The notes beneath the pieces were generated by a model. It made no database searches. It had not been told where the DNA came from and was given only the letters and a program-made list of their open reading frames with translations. A program made the translations under genes and the position numbers. Positions 32,836 through 40,672 of a DNA stretch of 47,590 nt are shown piece by piece. The stretch comes from a virus, in the IMG/VR virus record IMGVR_UViG_3300045988_057867; one strand, written 5' to 3'. Each line of letters opens with the position of its first letter. The first letter of the stretch is position 1.

Positions 32836-33153
32836 ATGACTATGAAAACAGATATTGTTATTTGCAGCAAGTGCAATGGTTCTGGCAAATTCATTTATAA
32901 ATCCGGCATGACTGGTCCTTGCTACCAGTGTAACGGCAAAGGTTCTGTGAAGCGCATTGCTCACAAATCCTTTGCAATATCCATTATGAACAATGATGGT
33001 GTCCGTATTGACTGGCTGCACATAAACGCCAAAAGTCAAAATGAAGCAGTCAGAAAAGCCCGTGTGACTGCTTCACGTGGCTGCTACAAAGACCATCTGG
33101 ACACAATCACCGCAACTGAAAGCGGGATTGAGTACACATATAAAACAATATAG
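32836..33153 (+). CDS. Small protein with a DnaJ-type CxxCxGxG zinc finger
   Basis: CSKCNGSGKF...CYQCNGKGSV. Confidence 0.6.
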   Translation: MTMKTDIVICSKCNGSGKFIYKSGMTGPCYQCNGKGSVKRIAHKSFAISIMNNDGVRIDWLHINAKSQNEAVRKARVTASRGCYKDHLDTITATESGIEYTYKTI

Positions 33154-33176
33154 CGTCGTATTTGCCCTGTAAACGC

Positions 33177-33222
33177 AAAAAGACCGCAAGTGGTGTATTT
33201 CTCCACTTACGGTCTTTTCTTC
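33177..33222. terminator. Bidirectional terminator at the end of the late (minus) operon and the plus-strand three-gene operon
   Basis: AAGACCGCAAGTGG-N9-CCACTTACGGTCTT, with T-runs on both strands. Confidence 0.7.
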
Positions 33223-33256
33223 TCATTCTGGCTTATTCTGTAAAGCGTCAGCGGCA

Positions 33257-33844
33257 TTATTTAAAGTCTGCCAGCGTGTTTCCCTCTTCGTCAACAATCT
33301 TCGTGACTCCTGTTGCCATCTTCTCTGCTTCTTCCTTTGTCACGCTCCCGGTAATGTTCCCGGCTGCGTCGTAAAGGTTCACTGTGCCGTCTGCGTTGGT
33401 TTCCGTGGCACCCTCCGGCACATTGTCTGTGGCAATAGCCACTTTCTCTGTTGTTGTTACTGGTGCCGTGGTGTTAATCACTACCGTTGCAGCTGGTGTG
33501 GCTGTGAGTGCTTCCGGCGGTTCTGCTGTGTTGCTTTCTTTCTTTCCTGCCATCATTGCTTCATATGCAGTCTGTGCAATTGCCCGCAGCTGTTCTTCTG
33601 TTACTTTCAATCCTGCTTCGTCTGCGATCTTCTTTAACTGCTCAATTACCTTGTCCATTTTTTCTTTACCGCTGGCGGACTTCATAAACTCACGCGCCCA
33701 TATCACGAACTGTTCCGCCCAGACGGACAGTTCCTGCAATTTTTCGGAAACGCTTTTCGGGATATTCGGAAAAACGTATTTTCCCAGTGCAAATGCTGCT
33801 ACTGCTACCGCTAACTGAATTGCTAATACAATAATGTTGTCCAT
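33257..33844 (-). CDS. Holin (LL-H-like)
   Basis: An N-terminal TM helix (IIVLAIQLAVAVAAFALG) is followed by WAEQFVIWAREFMKSASGKEKMDKVIEQLKKIADEAGLKVTEEQLRAIAQTAYE, as in LL-H family holins. It is adjacent to the endolysin gene. Confidence 0.55.
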   Translation of the reverse strand: MDNIIVLAIQLAVAVAAFALGKYVFPNIPKSVSEKLQELSVWAEQFVIWAREFMKSASGKEKMDKVIEQLKKIADEAGLKVTEEQLRAIAQTAYEAMMAGKKESNTAEPPEALTATPAATVVINTTAPVTTTEKVAIATDNVPEGATETNADGTVNLYDAAGNITGSVTKEEAEKMATGVTKIVDEEGNTLADFK

Positions 33845-33860
33845 GTTCTTTTCTTCCTTT

Positions 33861-35432
33861 CTATTTTGCCGGAACTTTCAGGGTCTGTCCCGGGTGAATG
33901 GTATCTGTTTTCAAGTTGTTCAGGGTCTTAATTTCGTTATATCTTGCGCCATCATTTAACAGTCTGTCCGCAATCGCCCATAAGCTGTCGCCCTGTTTTA
34001 CTGTATATGTGGTATAACCCTTTCCCGGAATTTTGATTTTCTGCCCTACGTTGATAACGTTCGGGTTTGCAATTCCATTATAACTTGCAAGTTTCTGATA
34101 TGTGGTGCCATACTTTGCGGCAATACCAGAAAGTGTGTCACCTGCTTTTACTGTATATACGGTTTCGCCCGTACTGGTTCCAGAAGCGTTTCCGGTGTTT
34201 GTTGCTGGTTTTGTAGTTGTTGTGCTTCCGTTACCTGCTTTTGCACCGGATGTAATTGCAATGGCTACATGGTGATCGTCATTTAACAGAATGTCGCCCG
34301 CCATGATGTAATCACCGCTTATAAGATATTTCTTGTCTGTCAGTAGCTTTGCACCTGCTGCCTGTAATGCCGCACGCATGTTGTAGGTTGTCAGATAAAT
34401 AGACACGTTCTGCAATGCTGGGATTCCCAGTCTGTAGCCTGCGCCTTTGATAATTGCCGCTGTACTTGCGCTGCAATCGCTTTCACAAGCAATTGTGATC
34501 TGTGCCGGGTCGTAGTTACTTGCTTTCAGGTGCTGCCAGAATGTGTATCTGTCGTTGCTGTTTCCTGCGGTTCCCTGATCGTAACCAATCAGATTATTTA
34601 AAGCCGCTTTCTTTGCCATGTCTGCGATCATTGCAGCAACATTCTTGTTTTCAAAACGCAACACGCATTTCCACGGTCTACTGTACCAGTTGATAATCTG
34701 GTATTCTGTCCCGGTCTGATCTCCCGCGCGTCCTCCTGCATATCTTCCGTTTTCGTCGTGCCCGCAGTTACTTAATTTTACTGCCATCTTATTTCCTCCT
34801 GTCTCTTTTTTAGGTGGTTGCTGCTCTGCGGTGCTGAACACTTCGGCAGCAGCCTTTTTATATGTTTCGGTTCGTCTTGTCGGGTATTTTCCCATAACCC
34901 TGTCATTCAGTGCAGCCTTATGTAAAATTGACAGTGTTACTTTCTGCATTGTGCCAGCTGTTGCCACTGCTGCTTTTGCTACCCTTGCAGACGCTCCCGC
35001 GCCGCCCTGATTCTCTAAATCAGCAAAATAAATCAGCGCCTGCGGGTCTGTAAGCCCAGCGCTGATTCCATGCGTTACATAGCTTAAAACGTCTTTCTGT
35101 GCAAGTTCGTCTTGTGCTGTCCGTCCTGCTGGTGTCGTAAGCAAAACGGTTAATTTATTCTTTTCTGTCGCTGTTACAGTTCTTGTACTCCACTGTATAG
35201 CTGTTTTAATTTCTTTGTACAGTGCAGCTCCCAGAATGTTTTCTGCCTGCCGCTGTCCCAGTTTTGCAATGATCGTCTTTAACAGGTCAAGGGCGCGCGA
35301 ACCATGCCACTGTACCTTCCCGACGCTTACGGCTCCGTTATCATTTGCATTTACGCTTCCGTAACCACCTTCATTGCCGTAAATAATAACGGCGGCTTTT
35401 GCAGCCACCGTCTTTGCTGTTGCTTCTGTCAT
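33861..35432 (-). CDS. Multidomain endolysin (N-terminal lysozyme-like region, Cys/His peptidase-like domain, two C-terminal LysM repeats)
   Basis: The LysM repeats are [29 protein letters not shown]...GQKIKIP and [17 protein letters not shown]...GQTLKVP. Central CESDCSAS...DDHHVAIAI suggests a cysteine peptidase. Confidence 0.75.
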   Translation of the reverse strand: MTEATAKTVAAKAAVIIYGNEGGYGSVNANDNGAVSVGKVQWHGSRALDLLKTIIAKLGQRQAENILGAALYKEIKTAIQWSTRTVTATEKNKLTVLLTTPAGRTAQDELAQKDVLSYVTHGISAGLTDPQALIYFADLENQGGAGASARVAKAAVATAGTMQKVTLSILHKAALNDRVMGKYPTRRTETYKKAAAEVFSTAEQQPPKKETGGNKMAVKLSNCGHDENGRYAGGRAGDQTGTEYQIINWYSRPWKCVLRFENKNVAAMIADMAKKAALNNLIGYDQGTAGNSNDRYTFWQHLKASNYDPAQITIACESDCSASTAAIIKGAGYRLGIPALQNVSIYLTTYNMRAALQAAGAKLLTDKKYLISGDYIMAGDILLNDDHHVAIAITSGAKAGNGSTTTTKPATNTGNASGTSTGETVYTVKAGDTLSGIAAKYGTTYQKLASYNGIANPNVINVGQKIKIPGKGYTTYTVKQGDSLWAIADRLLNDGARYNEIKTLNNLKTDTIHPGQTLKVPAK

Positions 35433-35446
35433 TTGCTTAACCTCCC

Positions 35447-35830
35447 TTACTGTGAAGACATATTACTGAAATCAGAAAGTGTTCCGGTTATATCCGGGTT
35501 TTCCTTCTTAATCTTTAAAAGGTTTTCTGCTTTACTCTTCCAGCAGTAAAACGCCAGTGCAATTACCGATACGCCGCCTACAAACGTAAGCAGCGTGGAA
35601 ATCTGGTAAAAGTCTTTTGCGATCACTACCCACACGCCAACCAGAAAAGCAATGTGGTACGTCAATATTACAGAAAACACAATAATCTTTGTTGCCTGTA
35701 ATTTGTTTTCTGGATGTTCTTCATTTTTCTTCTTTCTTTTCTTTCTTGCTGCTATAATCGCTCTTGAATTAATCAGCAAGAAAAGCAGCATTGCAAGTAA
35801 AAAACCTGTCAAAATACATATCAGCCACAC
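35447..35830 (-). CDS. Membrane protein (3 predicted TM helices), possible lysis accessory protein
   Basis: Hydrophobic segments are [42 protein letters not shown] and [18 protein letters not shown]. Confidence 0.55.
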   Translation of the reverse strand: MWLICILTGFLLAMLLFLLINSRAIIAARKKRKKKNEEHPENKLQATKIIVFSVILTYHIAFLVGVWVVIAKDFYQISTLLTFVGGVSVIALAFYCWKSKAENLLKIKKENPDITGTLSDFSNMSSQ

Positions 35831-36273
35831 TTTTTGTCACCTTCCCTTTCTGCCTTTTCATCAGCAAGAAAATCATTTGTTTCTGCACAATGTAAATAAA
35901 TCTGCTCCACGTATTTAAAAGCAGCATCCACGCAGCCATTTTCCAGCCCGTTTTCTTTCACATATATTTCGTAATTGTCGTGGGCTTTAAAGAAGTTGTT
36001 AAACTCTTCTTTTGTATGCCTGCGGTGATTCATACAGCTATTAGCAAAGTCAAGGATTTCTGCCCGCCAGCTTTCAATCTTATGTTCCTGTAAATCCTTT
36101 TCAATTTTGTTCAACTGTTCTTTTATATCGTGGTTCATCAATGACCCCACCTGTTTTATCAGGTAGCGTACAGGTTGTATCTTGATTCCCGGTGTCAGGT
36201 CCACCACTATTCCCACTGCTGCCAGCCACGCAAGAACTGTTCTGCATACTTCCCAGATTTCCGTTGTCTCCAT
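35821..36273 (-). CDS. Membrane-anchored hypothetical protein
   Basis: 150 aa with an N-terminal TM helix (VLAWLAAVGIVVDL). Its first 173 nt overlap the 3' end of the RT ORF in another frame. Confidence 0.5.
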   Translation of the reverse strand: METTEIWEVCRTVLAWLAAVGIVVDLTPGIKIQPVRYLIKQVGSLMNHDIKEQLNKIEKDLQEHKIESWRAEILDFANSCMNHRRHTKEEFNNFFKAHDNYEIYVKENGLENGCVDAAFKYVEQIYLHCAETNDFLADEKAEREGDKKCG

Positions 36274-37357
36274 TTACTTTCAATACCTCCTTTGCATACA
36301 TTTCATTTAAACTTTTACGCAGACCGTAGCTGTTGAAGTGTTTCAGTATTCCCCGGTATGAAGCAACGCTTCTGTCAAGTGTTTCTTTGTCGATCTCCCC
36401 GACTGCATACGCATTAAATACATATTTCAGTCGCTTTTTCATCTTCTTTGCAGTCTTCTTTCGTAGTTTTCTGTGTGTGGACCATATGCGGAACCCTACG
36501 AACTCCACGCCCATTGTTACCGGGCGTATGCAGGTTTTCTTGTTTAACTGCAAATTCAGATATTCTTTCAGGAAATCTTCAATGCAACGCTTCATGGTTT
36601 CCAGTTCCCTTTTATTGTTGTGCAGAATTATTACATCATCCATGTACCGTATATAGTAATGGATTCGCAACTTATGTTTGCAGTATTGATCTAATTCGTT
36701 CAAATACAAATTCGCAAACATTTGTGAAGTCAAGTTGCCTATTGGTAAACCTACGCCGAACAGCATTTCGTCAAAAGCAACGTCGCCTATGTCTGCACCC
36801 ATTGGCAAACCAAACCTTGTGTCCTCACAATCAATGATCTTTGCCAGCAGGTCCAGTAATTGCTTGTCTTTGATCTGCCTTGCAAGAATGTTTTTCAGTA
36901 TTTCATGGTCTATTCTGTAGAAATACTTTGATACATCCAGTTTTAAGTAATAATACTTTTCTGGTTTCCTTTCGGTCTGTCTCATCCATCCTTGTAGGCG
37001 GTCAATTGCTGCATGTGTGCCATATCCCACGCGGCAAGCATAGCTGTCTTTTATGTACTGCTTTTCTATCAGCGGGTTAAGCTGCCTGTAGATCGCATGT
37101 TGTGCAACACGGTCTTTAAATTGAAGCGACATAATGAGCCGCTTCTTTGGTTCGTAAACATAAAACATGTGGTAATGCCCGACTTCATAAAGTCCCCATA
37201 TCAGGTTATTTTGCAGGTCAAACAGATTTTCTTCTAATTTGTCTGCATACTCCATTACATCAGGACGGTACCTCTTTGATTTTATTGCTGCTTTGTAGGC
37301 TTCCAGCAGGTTTTCAAAATCATATATTTTCGGGAAAAGGTTTTTTATCGTTTGCAA
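36101..37357 (-). CDS. DGR reverse transcriptase
   Basis: TTG start with RBS GGAGGG. RT motifs are YLKLDVSKYFYRIDH, GLPIGNLTSQMFANLYL (the DGR-typical I/LGxxxSQ) and YIRYMDDVIIL. A TR lies immediately upstream. Confidence 0.9.
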   Translation of the reverse strand: MQTIKNLFPKIYDFENLLEAYKAAIKSKRYRPDVMEYADKLEENLFDLQNNLIWGLYEVGHYHMFYVYEPKKRLIMSLQFKDRVAQHAIYRQLNPLIEKQYIKDSYACRVGYGTHAAIDRLQGWMRQTERKPEKYYYLKLDVSKYFYRIDHEILKNILARQIKDKQLLDLLAKIIDCEDTRFGLPMGADIGDVAFDEMLFGVGLPIGNLTSQMFANLYLNELDQYCKHKLRIHYYIRYMDDVIILHNNKRELETMKRCIEDFLKEYLNLQLNKKTCIRPVTMGVEFVGFRIWSTHRKLRKKTAKKMKKRLKYVFNAYAVGEIDKETLDRSVASYRGILKHFNSYGLRKSLNEMYAKEVLKVNGDNGNLGSMQNSSCVAGSSGNSGGPDTGNQDTTCTLPDKTGGVIDEPRYKRTVEQN

Positions 37358-37605
37358 TTTTCCCTCCTGTCAATAGTTATGTGCGCCGTACAAATCCGGC
37401 ACGGGCTTTTCCTTGCCAGAACGTAACATATACATCCAGCTTTTTTGCTGGCTTTCACTGCCGTAAACCCCGGCAGTTACTAACTGTTTTTACGGCAATT
37501 TAATCTTTTTCCTACGGCTTGCGCCTTTGGAATGGAAAATAGCCCCTTAAACCCATACGCGCGGGATGCGCCCACGTATGGACGCAACTTCTGGCAGTTG
37601 GGGTG

Positions 37606-37718
37606 AAGCGGAGCGCAGCGAAATGTTGTTGTTGCTGTTAGTACGCGGGTTATTAAGGTTAAGCGCAGATGCGCCGCCGTTGCTGGTGTTGTTGAAACTC
37701 GAACCGCGTAACGGAAGC
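37606..37718 (-). repeat. DGR template repeat (TR)
   Basis: 113 nt matching VR2 (38309..38421) and VR1 (24496..24606). In coding sense it has 28 adenines, including AAC AAC AAC AAC, and translates as PLRGSSFNNTSNGGASALNLNNPRTNSNNNISLRSA. Confidence 0.9.
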
Positions 37719-37780
37719 AAGAACGACCGTCACAATTGTTATGGCTATTTCCCATAGAAAAAGCGGCTTGCGCCGCATTC

Positions 37781-38215
37781 TCACTTTTTCTTTGTTTTCT
37801 GTGGATTCAGTGAATTGTAATAACCGCCTATCATTTTACCGATTTCATTTGCTTTCCTGCTCCATACTTCGTACTGGTGTACGCTGATACATGGTTTCTG
37901 ATCTGGGAAAGAATTTTTGTCCTGTGCTATCTGTAAGCATTGCCGCAGCCAGTCCAGTTCTGTGTCAAGATCGCCCAGCGTCGTTTTCTTGAATGTTTTA
38001 TTTTCCAGTCTTATTACTAAGTGCATAATGTCATACATTGCGTTCTTTATTTGCAGTGCCAGTCCGTATCTTTCCACTTTCGGGAAATTCCGCAGTATCG
38101 GGTTTCCGTACTGTATCATTTCCCTTACCTTATTTTTCATCTTGAAATCGTTTTGCGTGGCGTTGTTTCTCACCTCTTCCAGCAGTTGTTCTGGCTTTTC
38201 TGTTTCTTCTGCCAT
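37781..38215 (-). CDS. avd: DGR accessory variability determinant (Avd, four-helix-bundle family)
   Basis: 144 aa basic helical protein with NFPKVERYGLALQIKNAMYDIMHLVIRL, the Avd / 23S-rRNA-IVS-protein motif. It lies between the target gene and the TR. Confidence 0.8.
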   Translation of the reverse strand: MAEETEKPEQLLEEVRNNATQNDFKMKNKVREMIQYGNPILRNFPKVERYGLALQIKNAMYDIMHLVIRLENKTFKKTTLGDLDTELDWLRQCLQIAQDKNSFPDQKPCISVHQYEVWSRKANEIGKMIGGYYNSLNPQKTKKK

Positions 38216-38248
38216 CTTTTATCCTTTGTATTTTGTGTTATTTTTCAA

Positions 38249-38272
38249 TAGGGATTGCTGCCGCAATCCCTA
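38249..38272 (-). other. 10-bp stem / 4-nt loop hairpin downstream of VR2 (candidate DGR target-recognition hairpin or terminator)
   Basis: TAGGGATTGC-tgcc-GCAATCCCTA. It lies 36 nt past the VR2 boundary and 25 nt past the stop codon. Confidence 0.5.
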
Positions 38273-38297
38273 CAGTGATACAGTGTGCAGTTTCCAG

Positions 38298-39347
38298 TTA
38301 TTCATAATAAGCGGAGCGCAGCGAACCGCTGCCGCTGCTGCCAGTACGCGGGTAAGAAAGGTAAAGCGCAGAAGCGCCGCCGTCGCTGGTGCCGAGGAAA
38401 CTCGAACCGCGTAACGGAAGCCTTTCCCCGTGGTTTCTTGCATAAAATCTTCCCGGTGTTGTCATTCCGGTTTCTGGGAAAATTCCTGCTGCAATTAACA
38501 GCTTTGGAATGCTTACGCCGCTTGCTGCTTTTACATCTTTAAAGAATGAGTTAGTGTCGTTGCTGTCTGTCGTTCTGGTTGTTACAGTAGTGTTAATACG
38601 CAGTGCCCCGTCACTTGCACTGGTACGGTCGATCTTCAATGTTCCTTCTGTTCCCGGTTCAACCAGTGTTCCATCTGGCATAATTGCTTTCCATTCAGTG
38701 CTATTCGCTCCCATGTTGCAGGTCAGCTTCATACAATTACCGTACGGAATAATCTGAATTTCACCATCAACCAGACGTAAACCAGAAACCCACTCCCATG
38801 TGTTGCCGCATAAATCAGCGATACCTGCCGGGGTGCCATCATGGTTCCATGTTACAGGACCCGAACCAGTTGCAGTTCTTCCGCCTTTATGTTCGCCGTC
38901 AATGTATGTGTTCATTCCACGTTCCCATGCTTTTTCGTAGCTTGCGTCCCAGTTGGTGTTCCCGCGTGGGATAAATCCGTTTTTCATACACCATAAATTC
39001 AGTGCTGCAAAAATTCCGTTCTGGTTCAGGTGCCATCCCTGCCCTTTCTTACGGCAAGCAGCCACTGCCTGATCGAAATTGATATAGCATTTAGGGTCTT
39101 TTAATGCCAATGAATATGCACGGTCATTAACAACAGTGTTAATGTATTTTGATACCCAGATGTTTTTTTCTACTCCATCAACAATCCACCACGGCATTGT
39201 TTCCTGTGTTCCGTCTGCAATCACGTCTGAATACTTCATTTTCGGAACCAGTACCATAATTGACGGTTTTCCCAGATCATCAAAAATAACCCGGTTGTTT
39301 GCCCCAAAAGAAGCTACCGCCATTGCAAGATCATCAAAATTACTCAT
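38298..39347 (-). CDS. DGR variable protein 2 (C-type-lectin/FGE-like fold; probable receptor-binding tail-fibre protein)
   Basis: 349 aa with RKKGQGWHLNQNGIF, GNTNWDAS and PVTWNHDGTPAGIADLCGNTWEWVSGLRL. The C-terminal RGSSFLGTSDGGASALYLSYPRTGSSGSGSLRSAYYE is encoded by VR2. It is the last gene of the tail-fibre cluster. Confidence 0.85.
   Translation of the reverse strand: MSNFDDLAMAVASFGANNRVIFDDLGKPSIMVLVPKMKYSDVIADGTQETMPWWIVDGVEKNIWVSKYINTVVNDRAYSLALKDPKCYINFDQAVAACRKKGQGWHLNQNGIFAALNLWCMKNGFIPRGNTNWDASYEKAWERGMNTYIDGEHKGGRTATGSGPVTWNHDGTPAGIADLCGNTWEWVSGLRLVDGEIQIIPYGNCMKLTCNMGANSTEWKAIMPDGTLVEPGTEGTLKIDRTSASDGALRINTTVTTRTTDSNDTNSFFKDVKAASGVSIPKLLIAAGIFPETGMTTPGRFYARNHGERLPLRGSSFLGTSDGGASALYLSYPRTGSSGSGSLRSAYYE
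38309..38421 (-). repeat. DGR variable region VR2
   Basis: 113 nt colinear with the TR. There are 17 mismatches at TR adenines and 1 at a non-adenine position. Confidence 0.9.
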
Positions 39348-39693
39348 TTGTGTTATCCTCCAATCCCCATAAAATCAGTGTGCATAATGACATGTCAAAC
39401 GGTAACGGCACCGGAACTTCTCTTACTTCTCCTTCTTCGTTGTTCTCGATCACGTCATAGCGTCTTGCCGGAATGATGATCTGTGCTGCGTACTTCTGCG
39501 CGCGTCCTCCGGTTCCAATTACCACGCCGTCTTCATCATCAATGCAAATATCCAGTGTTACTTCATAATCTCTTTCACGTGACGAAAGTTTTACTGTCAG
39601 TTCGTCATTGAACGTGATTTTTTCTTTTGTCAGTTCATATTCAATATGATTCCCCGGTGTTTTCTCAACTACCTTAATTGTAACTGCTGCCAT
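39340..39693 (-). CDS. Hypothetical tail-fibre-module protein
   Basis: 117 aa. Translationally coupled upstream (TAATG) and overlapping the target gene by 8 nt. Confidence 0.55.
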   Translation of the reverse strand: MAAVTIKVVEKTPGNHIEYELTKEKITFNDELTVKLSSRERDYEVTLDICIDDEDGVVIGTGGRAQKYAAQIIIPARRYDVIENNEEGEVREVPVPLPFDMSLCTLILWGLEDNTNE

Positions 39694-39851
39694 TATCTGC
39701 GTCCCTCCTGTTCAACTTCTCTGCTTCTCTGCGCGATCACTTCCGCAGCTTCCCGCTGTTCTGGTGTTCCTCTTCCGCTTACGCCAAAAGAACGCAGTAC
39801 CCCGGCTTCATGTTCTCGTCTTTCATCAGACTTGATAATTACATTTGCCAT
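39693..39851 (-). CDS. Small hypothetical protein (52 aa, below the ORF-track cutoff)
   Basis: Reads MANVIIKSDERREHEAGVLRSFGVSGRGTPEQREAAEVIAQRSREVEQEGRR. TAATG overlaps occur at both ends, and the ORF exactly fills the inter-ORF gap. Confidence 0.5.
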   Translation of the reverse strand: MANVIIKSDERREHEAGVLRSFGVSGRGTPEQREAAEVIAQRSREVEQEGRR

Positions 39852-40345
39852 TAGTAGAAACCTCCTTTTACATAAATTTTCAGTGTTACTGTTTTTGCGC
39901 TTCCGGTATGCTCTACCTTGAAACCATTTAACAGTTTTTCTGATACGATAATGTCACCTGCAAAACCGTCTTTTTCTTCCTGTACTTCTGCTGTTACAGT
40001 GTAGTTTAAGTGGTTCCGCTGTGTTGACAGTGAAACAGTTTTCTTTGAATTATTAAACGGGTATTCCTGCCCGTTTGTTAAAGTGACTGTCATTGTCTCG
40101 CCTACCATGTCCGCGATCTGCTGCCGCATGTGAATAGCATTTACTGCCATTAACGCTGCTGTTTCTCCTGCGTTTGAAATGCCATCTTCCATGTGATTAA
40201 AATTGTCTGCGTCCTGCGGTGTTCCCTGCTGAATTACTTTTCCCTCAACGGGTGTGTGTGTTACGGTTCCGTCAGAATTTGTTGTTTCTTTGTATCTGTC
40301 TTCATATTCCGTAACATGATTTAACCAGTGCTGCCATGAATACAT
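39851..40345 (-). CDS. Putative tail fibre / distal baseplate protein
   Basis: 164 aa. PVEGKVIQQGTPQDADNFNHMEDGI resembles the conserved N-terminal motif of Firmicutes phage tail-fibre proteins. It follows the baseplate I-like gene. Confidence 0.4.
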   Translation of the reverse strand: MYSWQHWLNHVTEYEDRYKETTNSDGTVTHTPVEGKVIQQGTPQDADNFNHMEDGISNAGETAALMAVNAIHMRQQIADMVGETMTVTLTNGQEYPFNNSKKTVSLSTQRNHLNYTVTAEVQEEKDGFAGDIIVSEKLLNGFKVEHTGSAKTVTLKIYVKGGFY

Positions 40346-40348
40346 CTT

Positions 40349-40657
40349 TTACACCTCCTGTTCTGTAATTTTGAAAACAAAACGATAAAGAACGCCAGAC
40401 TGTGCGCTTGTCGTTTTGATATTCACAGCTTTTTCAGCCCACAATTTCTGATCTGTATTGAAAAGCTGCACGCTGGTTATTGTTGCATTTCCGCTTTGCG
40501 GTGCTATATTCAAATACACTGCATAGCTTCCGTCAGACATGTATTCCCGTTTGTGGATTTCTTTTTTTACAGTGCTACCGTTTATCGTCACTTTCGCATA
40601 TGCAATTATGTCATTTAGAAAACGGGAAAAGTCCTGAAATGCTGCGTCCTTTAACAT
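40349..40657 (-). CDS. Hypothetical baseplate/tail-fibre-associated protein
   Basis: 102 aa ORF following the gpI-like gene. Confidence 0.5.
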   Translation of the reverse strand: MLKDAAFQDFSRFLNDIIAYAKVTINGSTVKKEIHKREYMSDGSYAVYLNIAPQSGNATITSVQLFNTDQKLWAEKAVNIKTTSAQSGVLYRFVFKITEQEV

Positions 40658-40672
40658 ACAAGTTCACCCCCT

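Noticed and set aside
32314-33039. 241-aa minus-strand ORF
   Set aside because: It is antisense to three plus-strand genes that each have an RBS, a mapped promoter and plausible composition. The minus-strand peptide is S/C/F-rich with no motif.
36101-37357. RT as a retron or group II intron reverse transcriptase
   Set aside because: It has the DGR-type LGxxxSQ motif. It is flanked by an Avd gene and a TR with adenine-specific VR mismatches. No intron RNA domains, maturase/endonuclease domain or msr/msd-like inverted repeats are evident.
37480-37755. 91-aa minus-strand ORF and 63-aa plus-strand ORF across 37480..37757
   Set aside because: They cover the DGR template repeat and spacer RNA. 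The open frame is a consequence of the TR copying a coding VR. There is no RBS, and the region functions as RNA.
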